A stretch of 64,000 bases of DNA, taken from NCBI RefSeq assembly GCF_000315625.1, contig NW_005434665.1, positions 1,066,796-1,130,795 of the forward strand, in the 5' to 3' direction. A model generated the notes under the pieces. It had not been told where the DNA came from, ran no database searches, and saw nothing but the letters and a program-made list of their open reading frames with translations. The DNA comes from Guillardia theta CCMP2712 (lineage: Eukaryota; Protista; Cryptophyta). The position numbers were made by a program, and so were the translations under genes. Shown here piece by piece: positions 24,684 through 37,955 of this stretch; within the stretch, counting starts at the first letter, position 1; each line of letters begins with the position of its first letter.

Positions 24684-25762
24684 TCACTTCACGTGCAGCT
24701 GCTGCTGGGTGTCGTTAAGGTCGGGGTCGAAGACGAAGTACGGTTTCTTCCCCCGGAACCTGATGAACAAGTCAGAGCTCCCATGCTGATCGCCAACAGA
24801 CTCACTCTGCCCTCAGTCGCTCAAACTCTTGCATGTCGAACTTAAGCACATGCCGACGTGGCTCTTGATTCTCAGACGCCGCGCTGTGTTGATCGACCTT
24901 CTTTGCAATGATGTGACCTTGCGCCGGATCCTTTTCGAGGGCTAGAATGTTTTGATTCACCAGGGCTGAGCAGTCGAAGAGATTTTCAATTGTCTCCCCG
25001 AATGAGTCAGGGTTGAAGAAAAGTTCAGCAAATCTCATTGTGAAATCCCGACTCCACGACTCAATCTTGCTCCTGATTTGTCGCTGTCTCTTTTCACTGT
25101 TTCGTTTGTCGCTGTTTGCATCTGAGCCTGTCAAAGGAGTGGTCTCCTCCACCTTCACAAGACGTCAACAATCGTCGGACGAAGGGTCCCAGTCTCTTAC
25201 CTGTCGCCTCTTCTGCCTCACAGCTTGCTTTCTCACTTTGGGTTGGATGTCCTTGCCAAGCGGGTGTGACATGAAGTGAATGCTAGGTGTATAGTCGCAG
25301 AAGGCAGCAGCATGTCGGTCCATCTTGCTCCAGTCGATGTCCACGTCATCTTCTTGCGAGGGATTCAAAGAGCGAACGCTGTACATCTCCACTGTGTTGA
25401 TTACAAACTGCTTGGTGCTAAAACGACCTCCCTCCGTGTCCGCATTCTTCGCGCGATCAACTCCACACTTGATCATACGATTGAAGCATTCTGCTTCTTT
25501 CGACATCGCCACCGGATGTTGCACATCCGCAAGCTGCGCATTGCTCCTCTCTACAAAGTTGAGGAGGATTCTCCCTCCCTGTTCTTCTCTCGCATTCGTG
25601 ATCACATGGCTGTTTGCTTTGAGGAGAGCGTTAGAATCTTACACCGGAATGTCAGGATGGAGGAGATTTACCTTTGATCTCCTCATCAAGTTCATCGTAT
25701 TTGCGAAGCTGTTCTCGTACTGCATTCCTTGTCCTTAAGGCGCTGCGATGGCCGTCGCTCAT
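24684..25762 (-). CDS. NSE4: SMC5/6 complex kleisin subunit Nse4/EID family
   Basis: FAELFFNPDSFGETIENLFDCSALV is the Nse4 C-terminal motif. DIDWSKM and FMSHPL are also present. Confidence 0.85.
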
Positions 25763-26504
25763 TCTGCATCCCGAGAATGTCAATGTCCTCGATCGATTGT
25801 GAGAATCCCGCTGAAATGTCTCGGAAACAAACTAGGGAGTTCGCATTCGCATTAACCAATCGATGGCTAACTTTCTATCAAGCTCAAATCGCAACACCCT
25901 TACATCTCAACATCTCGACCGAATGCACCCTTCGCAACATTGATGCTCTGCTGTTACCTAACCGAATGAATATCCAAAAACGATTCCATTCTTTAAATCT
26001 CATCCTATTTCCTTCAAGCTTTCTCTCTCCGCTTACAGTTTCATTCACTTATTCTCTTCCCTGTCTCCCTGCCCTTCCCTTTACCCCCCCGCCCCCCCGC
26101 CCCCCATCTTCTCTCTGTCTCTGTCTCTACATTCCCCCCCCCCCCTCCCCTCCCTCGAAGTTTCGTTGTTCCTACATTTGCGCGGGAAGTTTGGTTCCGC
26201 CACCCCTACCTCCCCCATGTCCCTTCTTGGCAGGGGTCTTGACCACCCTCCACATTTCTCAGACACCAGTTGGACCCTACCCCGAATTTCCCACTTCAAT
26301 ATTGCTCATATACACCGGTATTATTACCTGGAAGACTACCCCACCTCAGATTCCCAAATTTCCTACCTCCAGCAGAGCACCTGGACCCCTCTAAATGTAA
26401 TCCCGTTGTGTGAGTACCCCTTATTATGAGCTAAACATACCCACCCTATGAGCTTCAAAAACTACCCCATTTGCCCATGACCCTCTACATAAAAACATGC
26501 CGGA

Positions 26505-27310
26505 ATGCCGGTGAAGCGGGCGGAGCCAATATGTCGTCGATGCGAGAGGAGAGGGTAAGGAGGAGGTGGATCGGAGAGAGGAAGTGTCGGAAAGAGGAAA
26601 CAGAAATGGGAGGGAGCTGATGCAGAGCTACTGTGAATAGAACAATCAATGTGTGTAAGGAGGAAGGATTCAAAAGGCCATTACCAAGAGTTTCTGATTC
26701 TTGTTGGCCAGGCACATCGCAAAGAATTGCCCTTCGGCAACTACATGTGATCGATGTGGACGAGCAGGTCATGTAGCCAAGGATTGTATGAGGGGGAGGG
26801 GACTCTCATGCCATATCTGTGGAGGAACTCATTTTCAACGAGATTGTCCGAGGTCTTTCTTGATGCTCGTCGGAAGATGCTGAAGCAATTCACAGGAAAG
26901 ATAACAAAAAGAGGAAATTAAACGATCCTGAGATGTTAGAGAAGAACAGAGAGATCACAGAGTTCAGAGAGGCAAGGAGAAGCTTTGTTTCAGAGGAGGA
27001 GGTCCCCCATGTCAGCACCCCCCTTGCATGGAGCTCGACCCTCGCCCCCTCTTCCTCCAAACATCTCAAGGCTCATGTTGTCCCTGTCACTGTCGTCAGA
27101 TTGAAAGCGGAGAGGAATGGGGATAGTGGAGAGAGAGCTCCAGACGATCATCACCCTAAAGGTACGTGGGGGGTTCTTTTTCCTTGTCATCCTTGCGACG
27201 GAGTCTACATCATCCTTGCCTGTTACCTCTGCCTTGCTGATAGCTCACTGTTTGCAGATGGAGGCAGCAGTCTGAGTCTAATAGCGAGCTACAGTTCTGA
27301 TTCTGATTAG
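26505..27310 (+). CDS. CCHC zinc-knuckle protein (three knuckles)
   Basis: Spliced CRRCERRG|HIAKNC, CDRCGRAGHVAKDC and CHICGGTHFQRDC. Ends LIASYSSDSD*. Confidence 0.8.
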
Positions 27311-27375
27311 GGTTTGAATGATGGTTTATGTATGATAGTTTTATAGTAAATCAAGCCCTTTCCTGTGGAATATTC

Positions 27376-29574
27376 TCACTTTCTCCCTCGCTTCTCTCGT
27401 TTCAAAGGTTCCTTCTTTGGGACATAATCTTGATTCTCCTTGCTAATCCTGGCTGCTAGCTTTTCAATCTCCTTCTTGTCTTTCTGTGTAAGTTTCGACA
27501 ACCCCAGCCGATTCTCGATGAGGACTTTCTGTACACCATCCTGCAGTCTGATCAGTCCAATGGGAAGCTCGGGATGCAACCTACCTCGCACTGGTCCGAC
27601 GTGTCCAGAATGAATTGATTCGCATCAAAGTTTATCTTCTTCAACTCGTCGATCATGTGATGGTAGGCGGGTAAGAAGTATTCGTTCATAGCTCCATCCC
27701 CTTCGTCGCTATCAGATATATCATCAAGGCTTCCTGCGCCCTTTGCCTTGCCTACGACATCCGGCTATCAATTCCATGCATGTGTCTCTGAGGCTTAATG
27801 AAACTTACGTGGTGACTTCCTCTTCTTGCCAATCTCAAGCATCCACTCAGCTGACTTCATCATGTCCACTCGACGTTTCTGCATTTTCGATAGATTTTCT
27901 GGTGTATCGCTTTTTTCAAGTTGGAGTGTATCCACCACAGGCTGGGAGGAGGGATATTAGCGCATGAGACTGGTGATTTTTCGTAACTCACTTGATCTGT
28001 AGCCTTGCTTTCTTGTTGTTCCTTTTCCTCTTCCAACCTCATCTGCGCAGAGGCTTCTTCTCGTTTCTTCTTCTCTTGATGCTCCTTGAAGAACGCTTTT
28101 ATCTGCAAGTATCTCAGTCTTGTACTTGATCAACAAAGAAACAAGAATTTCATACCATTTTGGGTATTTTTGCGTGAGCCTTAGGCTTTACAGAACTTGG
28201 GGTCGATCCATTCCCGTTCTTCGAAGTTGCACTTTTTGACCCTTTAGGATTTGACCTCTTGGGAGTTTTAGGATTTGAGCTCTTGGGAGTTTTAGGATTT
28301 GAGCTCTTGGGAGTTTTAGGATTTGAGCTCTTGGGAGTTTTAGTGCTCTTCGTAGTAGAGTTCTTGGTGCTCTTCTGGGTCAAAGTTTTCGAACTCTTGG
28401 GACTCAAGCTCTTGGTATTCTTAGGGGAAGAGCGCCTCTCCGAAGAGCTCGTGACATCCTTGACAACCGGTGCATTCGTGGGCGACATGCTCATAGCGGA
28501 GCTCTTGGCGTTCCTTGGCGTAGTGCCGTTAAGTTTACTGGCCTGGTGCGACTGATTGCAAAATTTAGGATGACACAGCGAATCATCAATACCCTTCTAA
28601 GATTCACCTGAACGTTTCTAAGAGTTCGTGGAGATGATCTGTGAATTTTGGCTTCACGTGACAAATATGTCATGAAAAGTCTCACCGCGAATCGACATCT
28701 GATTTCCTTTTCACATCGGCTTCCTGAGCATCTTTGTCCATTGAGCGATGATCTCCCTTCTTCTTACTTCCACTCTCATTTTGGAGAGATTCATCCATTC
28801 TCTTATCTTTCATTAAAAACATATGTGTGTCAAGGCATCGCAATATCAGAAAGAAATGGACAAGAGTATCTTTTCGGCAAATCACCTGGTTTCATTGGTG
28901 TTGTTTTGGCCCGCTTGCTGCCCGACTTCCCGTTTTGATTCGACACTTCCATGTTTTGATCGGATTTCCTCTTTCCCTTGCTATCTGATGGTGTTTGCAG
29001 ATCGGACCGGTCTCTAGACAATTCATGCTTCCCTGTCTGCTTGCTCGCAGACTGTTCTTTTGTCATCTTTCCAGGTTGCGTCTTCTTTGCAGGAGTCTTC
29101 TTTGCAGGGGTCTTTGTGGTAGGTGTGTTCTTCGCTGGAGGAGTAGGCTGACTTGCTGCCTTCGCTGAGAACTCCTTTGCTTTCTTTGCGGGGGGTTCTA
29201 TTGCCAATTCCTTGTTTTGACCTGCGTGCGGGTCAAACTGAGTGGCTGGGATGTGGCCAGGACAAACGAAGTTAAGATGTGACAGAGAAGAGAAGAAACA
29301 AAAAGAGACACGAGGCTTGAAATCATTGCAACGACTTCACACCTTGATTCTCGTTTTTGCGCTTCCTGCCCGCTCCTTCAACGGGCGACCCGGCCGATTG
29401 TTTCCCCTTTCCCCCAGGGCTCTTCGAACCAGCATTCTTCTTCGCTGACTTGACTGCATCTTGGCCTTGTTCCTGCTCATCTCTCTCAACAGAGCTGACG
29501 ACATCAGCATCTGACTCTCTCCTCTTCTTCTGGAACGGCCTCCTCCCCGTCGACGGGTCGAACTGTCCCGCCAT
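27376..29574 (-). CDS. Hypothetical Lys-rich nuclear protein with TPK/SPK repeats and a globular C-terminus
   Basis: Collinear exons with KKRR NLS-like motif, TPAKK and (TPKSSNPK)n repeats, ending in EYFLPAYHHMIDEL...KREKRGRK*. Confidence 0.65.
28242..28341. repeat. 24-bp coding tandem repeat (~4 copies) encoding TPKSSNPK
   Basis: TTTAGGATTTGAGCTCTTGGGAGT units are visible directly. Confidence 0.9.
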
Positions 29575-32500
29575 GCCGCACCGCTTTTTTCCCGCCTTCG
29601 TTAGTCCTTGACCCGTTGACCGTCCTGGGCCTGTTGACCAGCAGTACAGTGCCACCGTGTGATCATTGATCGGATCCGGCGGGCCCGGCCGCCCGGCCCG
29701 GCCGCCGCACCGTTCTTCATGGCCTGCACCCGGGCCCATGACTCAGTGATCGGACTTAACTTTGAGTAAAGATCGGACGGCGGCTGCGGCTACTGCCGGG
29801 GCATCAGCTACGGTTCCTTGAAGTCAAGATGACAGGCCCTGAGGGCCGGGGAGGCTCGTAGCACCACTCTGAGGAGGAGCCGGGAGGCTGCGGCGGGCGC
29901 CACGAACTTGAAGTTCGATCCGATCATCCCGGCCCTTTCCTATCGTGACATGCAGCTGGACTGGCTAATTGAAAGCCTACTCAAGTTATTCAGTTTCGAA
30001 CCCAAGACATCATCGTACGCGGATCAACTAAGTTTGATACGGTATCTCGGTCTGCTGTTCAATGATTGTTTTCTTTTATGCATTAGCAGTATCATGTTAG
30101 TCCCAGCAGCGCTTGGTGACTTCAAGTACGGAACTTCCGAAAAACAAACCTTCCTATGGAGTTAATTTGCACGTGCAATACATCTTTATGTGATTTCACG
30201 TCTTCTTCCCCTCCTTCCTAGTCTTTCTCCTCCTTCTCTTACAAAGGCTGAAATCATGTTTTGAATGTCTTGTTTATACAGAAACGCATTGCCCTCCCAA
30301 CCTACTCTTTTATCTATTTTCCCCACCAGGGATCGCTCCCAACACTGTATCGCTTCCTCTGTTTCTCAGAACTGCACGTAAATATTCCCAGATTGATCGG
30401 GCAACCCTTTTCAACTTTCTTTTCTGTACCGTAAGAGCCTCCCAGCACAAAAGATTGGTTATACTTGGTCTGCCCCTTGCACCATTGCGGCAGGGTGTGC
30501 ACATATGGCTCGAGCTCGGCGGGGTCTTCAAAGATAACAGGCTGCTGAGAAGGAATGAGAAAAGTAGAGAGAGAGCGAGAAGTCGAATTTCTTGTCGCAC
30601 AAAGCACTATTCGTATAACCGGATGACATATGCTGGTATGACGTGCTGCCATATCTGAAGAAGTTTTGTCCAGAATTGGAAAATATCAGGATAGAATTCG
30701 AAATGTTTGATAACAGTCGTACAATCACAGAGAACGAAGGAGAGGTAGATAGGTAGATAGGGAGGGAGACAGGTGTGAAGAAGGGAGGGGGCTGAGCGTG
30801 TGTTGTAAGTGTAGGAGGAGGGGGATGCAGGATTGGTTCGCTGATGTAGGTTAGGGGAGGATGGGTTCAATGACCATTTCTTTTTATCGGGATAAATCCG
30901 ATGCGACCCGTGACACGAAAACCAGTCGTTTCAGGAAATAAGTCGGATGCTAAATCAGTTTTACTATCGAACCTATCTCCCCCGGAGGCCAAGGGAGATA
31001 CCTCTGATCTTTTACTTAGGACCGGAATTGAGAACTCGCCGAATTCTTCGGTTCTGCCCATCCGATAAGATACGGTCAAGCCACTTACGACTGACTGTCC
31101 GGTCACAGGCTTCAAGTTGCCCGTCACTGGCCGTCGGGGGCCGGACGTACTAGTATGCAATACTGCCGTAGTTCTGTTGGATGAGTTAAATCTTTCCGTA
31201 CTGCGGCTGACGCCTAGGCGCAAGCCGCTTCAACCGCCGGCCCCCGACGGCGACGGTAACACTTGGCAATCGGATGATCCGATGATCCGATAGCAACTCG
31301 ACAGTACGGTCACCGTGACTAATCAATCGAGTCGCCGTAGTAATCGTCACGGCGCCGTATGGCCAAGTGTGCGACAGAGTGTCAGGGTCAAGCCTCCTCG
31401 TCTCTCCTGATTTTCCTCGTACTTACTGATCTTGAACTTAACTTTGAGGGCGCCGCTGAGGCCCTGGCAACTGTTCCGAGTCACTCAGTGGGAGAGGAGG
31501 GGAGGCGGCTAACTTATTAAGTTGTGACCGCCGCCGGCCGCGTGCAGTGCCTCCCGGAGTTTCAAGTTTGGCGGACGCCGGGCGTACGGCCCGAGCCTCC
31601 GGCGGACTCCGGGGCCGGGGTCCGGCGGCCGCCTCAGCTTCATCGGTCCCATCCATTATTTACATTTCGAGTCTAGAAGAATCGTTGATTGATGTTTACT
31701 GAAAACTCTTTGAGAATACTATCATGTATCATAGATGTCGGAATGTTGATTCACGGTGGCCGAGCCCTGGCGCGAGCCTAAGCCGGCGCTATCGGACTCC
31801 GAGCGCCGGGCTGCGTGACGGTCGGACTCAGTCGGAAGGCGGGGGCCCGGGCACGGTATGAGCGGCCGCGGCATGCGGCGGCCGCAGAGCGACGGCGGGC
31901 GGGCCTTAGCCCGACGGTCCGGTCACGGGCCGGCTGATCGTGTCCGACTCGCGAGTCTCGGAGTGTGCCATGGTGCCGCCGCCCCGCGGCCCCGCGGCGG
32001 CGGCCCGGACTCGCCGATGATCATCGGATTACAGTGAGCCGCGGAGAGCGGTAGGCCCGCAATCGTAGTGCCGAGTCCGCATCAGTGCCGGATTTAGAGC
32101 AGCGCCGACATGTTCGCACTGGTGAGATGCGATAGGAACGGGAGGAGAGGGAGAGGGGGAGGGGAAGACCGAGGAAGAGAGGAAGGAGGACTTGACATAT
32201 GAGAGAGGGACAGATGAGAGGAAGGGAAGACGCGGGGGAAAGTCTGCCTATCTGTCATGAGTGAACATCTCACTCTGACGAAGAAAGTGACATTGGGAAT
32301 AGTTGAGGGAAACCAAGAAGTCACAGCTCTTCAAGGAACACGAGCACAAGCTCAACGCAAAGGACCATGAAGCTGACAACACATTCTGCTCCTGCCCACA
32401 GATATATGAGGTTTGACGAGTTGCCGTCATGGCTGTCTGTGTGTGACGGGACTGTTACTTCAGATTACATCAAGTTTCAAGAGCGCTCAGCTGTTTTGTT

Positions 32501-32900
32501 CGTGTCCCATGAATTACCATCATGCAATTTATTGATTTTTGATGAAACGTTGTTAAGACAGAGTTCTCACTGACGCAGGATGCCATGTTAGATCAACCTT
32601 GACACATCGTTACCATTGGTAGCGATTTTTCAAAATGCTATTCATGGCATTCGTTCCTTTGTCATTTTCACACGAAAGCTACTCTGTCGACGGAGTTTGA
32701 GGAGGGAATTGTTTTTTCACTCCCCGTTTGAATTCAGCGCGATTGGTTTCTTGCGGAAATAACATCAAATAGAGTGTATGCGAGATGAGAAATTTGGTTT
32801 GAGCTAACTCTCAAAGAAAGTCATCACTTTGAAGATCGAGATTAGACTGCGATTCATAATTTACAGTAACAACATGCATGCCTCTACAGACTATTTACAA

Positions 32901-35195
32901 TTACCCGACCATAAATGATAATGACAGATTGCTGGTAGCGAAAAGCGGCTTGCTAGCAGACCAGTATTCCAGATCAGGAATCTGATTGACCGTAGGATGG
33001 CAGCATGTACCTAGATCAGAGCAAAGGTGAGTAATGGAAGCAAGGCAAACACTGTGTTATGTTACCATCAAAAGCTCCAATCTTCCTGTCCATTGAAGGG
33101 TCGAAGCACGTATCTTCATCTCTTTCGGCGTCTTCGTGGGGTTTTGGAGGGTGTTCGAACAGACTTCGATACGCTGCTTCTTTCATGAACATAGGGTCTT
33201 TGTTATGAATGAAGATCGCTGCTTGCTCTTGATCGTGAAAGACAATCTTTCTCCATTGCTGTCGACAATCCCGTTAACTCTGTTTCGAGAGAGATGGCAG
33301 TGTTGCAGGCACCTGCGGTTGGTTCTGACTGATTTTCCTCTGGTTTCGGAAGTGCGAGCTAGGATCTTGCAGTGTTTTTGTTTTCTCCATCTCCATGCGC
33401 AGCATCTCTAGCAGCTCATCTGCATTGCTGACATCGTCCTGGTTCTGGGCTGATTCCCTGATATCATTGACGGCGTCTATCGCGCTCCTGGCCAGCCGTT
33501 CGATCCTTGAGAGGAGGAGTAAGTGGGCAATCTAGTGACCAGAAGATGCTACCTTTCCTGATCTGACATCTCTGTCTTCCTGGAGATGTCATCTTTCAGC
33601 TGTTTGTAAGTGAGCAACGGCATAGGAAAGCAAGAGGAAAGCAGACAGCGAGCAGCTTGTCTCGTTCTTGTGCCACTCTTGCCCTCTGAACAGCATCTAT
33701 CAGTACTCGCGCGACCTGAACTTGTCCAATTCTGACTCCTGAAAGACGCAGATCAGGACAAACGGAGAAGTAATGCCGACTCACCGGAGGCAACTACTTC
33801 ACGAACTCCAAACCCACCAGACTCTGCCGTGCGGACGCAGGCGATTCTGATGAATCTGCCGTGTGCCCATCGCTGCATTGACAAGGTAGGGTTCAATAAG
33901 AGCCTCAGCGATCACAACAAGGATCACAAGGCCGGCGAGGAGATGTAGGTCTGTGACGAACCTTTCGGTGTACCGCCTTCGAAACCTGTGGCTGAGGAGC
34001 TCGTCAGCCCGATAGACAAGAGTCTACAACCATTTACGCTGATGCTGCAGCATGTTCGGGAACGGCTGAAAATGGTGCTGCTACTGTCTGGAACAGCATT
34101 TTTGGGAGTTTCAATCCTGTCGTTTCAGCAGTCCCTGACATGTTGAGAGTAGAAGCCTTGGTCATGTAAACCAGATCCAACGAAGTTTCCAAAACCTGTG
34201 AAATGTCAACCTGCCACAATCCCGACAATTAGCTCACATAATCAGTGGCATAAAGAGAGGAATCCCAGAATATTGTGACCTGCGATCCATTTCAACACAA
34301 ACAAGGATGACAGATGATGAATGCACGTTGTGGATTTCGAAAGGAGCACCGAGGTCCACAACCAACCATTCATGCTGATCTGAAGAGCTTTTCCACATGG
34401 TGCAAATGTTTCCATCCAGAGCAGATCCTCCATGACGAGGCCAAACTGCGTGCCGTGGGTTGAGAAACACACCAACATCCTTGAATCCCCACCTTCATTC
34501 AACTCTGTCGAGCTGGACGAATATGCCTTTGAGAAGGCAAGGTTGCCTGCGGCGTGTGATGGAAAGAAATGATAGTTTGCAAACGAAGGATTGCAGTAGT
34601 CCTGAAAGGTTGCAAGGGTTTACAGCAAAGTCACGTTGCACATCAAAGAACCATGTTCAACTTAGTGAAGTTCTTTTTGTCAGGATCCCCCCTGCGATCG
34701 AGCAGCTCTGAGATGGGGAAAGAGCATGTTAGTTCAACAACGATGGTGCAGGAAAGATATCACCATGATACTTCTTGTCAGGGATGTACGGCTTCCCCCT
34801 CGTGTCTTGCAGAAACTGTTCTTGCGGGGTTTCTTTCAGCCTTTGTCGATTAGCACTCAATCTGTAACGACCTCAGTCTTAGCAAGCATCATTTCCCGTA
34901 GCTATCAAGACGAGACATGCAGAATTATCAAAATAGACTGGTATGGTTCTTGAGGACGAGGAGCATTCTTCGGATCAAACACCTTGGCACGCACTTCTTC
35001 TCACCTTGCTCTTTCCATCTCAAGCTCTTGCCTCACCTCCGCAATCCTAGCCCTGATGCTCTTCAGTTCGCTAGCCCTGTTGTCCCCCTGCACCTTCACG
35101 CCAGGGAAGTTGGCATGCTCTGGTTGCTGCCTGCTGCACCTCACGAGCAGCATAATCGCAAGCGCCCGGATGGTCGCGGCATGAAGGCGGGACAT
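32901..35195 (-). CDS. Signal-peptide, F5/8 type C (discoidin)-domain single-pass membrane protein; 3' end approximate
   Basis: ALDGNICTMWKSSSDQHEWLVVDLGAPFEIHNV|ILWDSSLYATDY is the discoidin motif. Hydrophobic N-terminus and TM segment LLAGLVILVVIAEAL at ~33900-33945. Confidence 0.72.
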
Positions 35196-35338
35196 CGATC
35201 CAGACAGTTAAAATAATTGTTCACCCAAACACTACTGGAAAGACCCTTTAAGTAAAAATTATGTACAAAGTGAATACAACAAGATTTAAAAAGCTTCGCA
35301 GGACCCAGCTGGCATTTCGCCTTTGACGTCAGTGGGTT

Positions 35339-37359
35339 CTAGTACGTTGGGCAGGAGTCGTCGACCGACTTCGCCCAGCTGACGAGTCCCCCGCAAACAT
35401 TCTTGACCTTCCCTTGACCCAGAGCTGAGCTGAGAGGGCGTGAGAGAAGAGCAGGAGGACAAAGACGTGAGAAGTTGAGGGAGGACAAACACGCGGGGGA
35501 AGCTGGAAAGGAGAACAAGGCTTACTCGGACACAAATATCCCCCTTTCCTTCATCTCCAACAGCTTGAAGGTCTGGCGGCTCAGATCAGAGGGGAGGAGG
35601 CAGCGGGAGTGCACTCACAGCCTGTCTCGAGAAGATTCCTCGCCGGCAGATTACATAGACCGACTCTGCATCAGAGCAGAAGTCCTCAAGTTTGGTCCCT
35701 TCCTACAGCTGGGGATCAGTTGATGCCTTGTCAGCCACCTCTCACCTTATCTAGCTCCGCCAGTGGCAAGTTGATCGCCCCATTGAGGTGCAGCATGTCG
35801 AACTGCGTCCCGCCGTCAGGTTGCCCAGATGTCTGCTAGAGCAAGGAGACCTGCGTTCTATCCCTCACATCCAGCAAGACATGTTTGACTCCCTTCTTGC
35901 GGATGTCTTGCAAGCAAGTCAGTCATCCAGCAGCAGAGACATGGTCCGTCTCGCACCCGCGTACTCCTGACAGGTCACGGAGTTGCCTGCCGGCAGATCC
36001 TCGCCCTGTTTTGAGTTTGCGGGGCAGTAGCCTGGCCCAGGTGCATTCACAGCTGGAAGAATCACTCAGAAGAAGCCCAGCAGCGAGCAGCTCCCACCAA
36101 TCACTGCAGTCAGCTCCGGGTCGTCGCCGCAGATCGCACAGCTGGAGTTCCGAGGTCTCAGGCGAACGTTGCGGAAGGAGCACCTGCAGTAGCAAGGAGA
36201 CAGTCACTGCCTTGATGTATCCTTGTTCCAGCGTACGTGAGCGCCGAGTACAAGAGCATCCGGCCCGCCATGACCTCCTCTGCTGACTTCCCGATGGCAA
36301 TTTTGATCGCTTCAAGGGCCTGAGAGAACCTTGTCATTTCGCAGCTTCATATTCCTCCTCCATGCCTGTAAAGTTCCAATCACCCCAGGGACCGGCCCCA
36401 TGACTCCCCCATCCGAGCAGTCTGTCACCGTCTCTGGAGGAGGGGGGTTGGGGAATATGCACCGATAGCAAGGCCCCCCCTGTATGGTGTCAGTCGGGGC
36501 TGTGAGATAGCGAGAGTGCCTTGAAGTTGTAGACAGTCAGTTGCCCTTCGAGCCTCAAAGCGCTTCCAGACACAAGAGGCTTCTTTGCCAGCACGCAAGC
36601 GTCATTGACCATGTATCTGCTCCTCATTGTCACGATCGTCGCACTCTCAAACTTGGTTATCACCTTGTCGCAACGTTGTCGCTGGCATCCAACACAACAT
36701 CGTACGACTGAGTGAGTTCATCAGGAGCGAGCACATGGGCGCTAGACACTCGCTCTACCTTGACGAGCTCCAGCGCGTTATCGACGCTCATGAATTGTTT
36801 GTAGACTTCGACTTGCAGTTTACTTCGTTCCGCGCCAGGACACCATTCAGATCGGCATGGCTGGGAGACGAGCACTACCTGTTTATCGCCTTGCAAGCGA
36901 TGGCACCTGACTCTGCCTTGTTCACTCCAGTTCGTGCCTCAGTATGCATGACCTTCATCGCACGCAGCATCGTCAGCATGTCAACCACGTTCATGTCGCC
37001 TTGCCGACCCTCTCACCTGACGATGCAGATTACTCGTCTCAACGTTGTCCCCATCCACCAACCCCAGACGAGATATTCCCGCTCCTACCATGATGGACTG
37101 AGTCTTCGAAGCAGACTTCTTCCTCAGTCTCTTCACAACCTGCCAGGTACAGGGCGGCGGGAGACCCCAGTCCTCCGCAACCCACAACAAGGACAGCGCA
37201 CTTCTCCAGTCTTTCTTGGCCCTCGACACCAACCTGGATGAGAGAATGAGGCAGAGGAAGCAGGAGGCAAGAATGTCGCGCCACCACCTCGGGAACGAGC
37301 ATCTGCCTGCTGTACCTCTCTGTCTCCTCCTTCCCCAGCCTGCACGTATGCTCCGACAT
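35339..37359 (-). CDS. MOCS3: Adenylyltransferase and sulfurtransferase UBA4/MOCS3 (ThiF + rhodanese)
   Basis: [60 protein letters not shown], and C-terminal [20 protein letters not shown]. Confidence 0.93.
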
Positions 37360-37955
37360 GGTTTCTTCGCCCCCTGTTACCCTCATCCCCCCCCCCCAAT
37401 CCGCTGGGACTGGCTGGGAGCTGGGTGGGTGATCCATGCGACCCAGGAGGGGTACTTTTACCGTGATTTGTTCTTTCAGTGCCATACAAACGGTATCGTG
37501 AGTGGGGGTAGGGTACTTTGATGTATGGGGTGGGGTGGGCGTAAAAACAATGCGACGGGAGAGGGAATATATGGCGGGCGAGGAGGAGGGAGGGAAGGAG
37601 AGGAGGAAGAGGAGACTGAATGGCTGTCGACAGCGAATATTGATAGATGTCATGATTGTTCTGGTCTAGGTTTCTCAAGTGTTTTTTGTATGCGTGTGTG
37701 GCGAAATATGCTTGAATCCTTTGAATCGATTTGTACAAACTCCTTTGTAGAACGAAAGCACATCTATAGAGATCAAGCTTTCATGCATTTTACCTATTTT
37801 TGTACGTAATTTTCTTGTATTTGTGATGTTGATAAGATGTCTGTCTGTCGACAAGGTCTCAGATCAGATCGTTTGTTGATCTGGCAAAGATACATTTCAA
37901 GTTCATCTTTAACACATTATTGCACACTCGTTCTAGCAGGCTGACCCATCTTTAG

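Noticed and set aside
26505-26855. CCHC knuckles as a retrotransposon gag
   Set aside because: Intron-containing, with no pol/RT, protease or LTRs nearby.
28242-28341. Regularly spaced repeat resembling CRISPR or telomeric TTTAGG
   Set aside because: Head-to-tail 24-bp units without spacers, in frame within a coding exon.
32257-32620. Possible small spliced gene (MSEHLTLTKK...)
   Set aside because: Splice sites are plausible, but there is no recognisable product and the frames are ambiguous.
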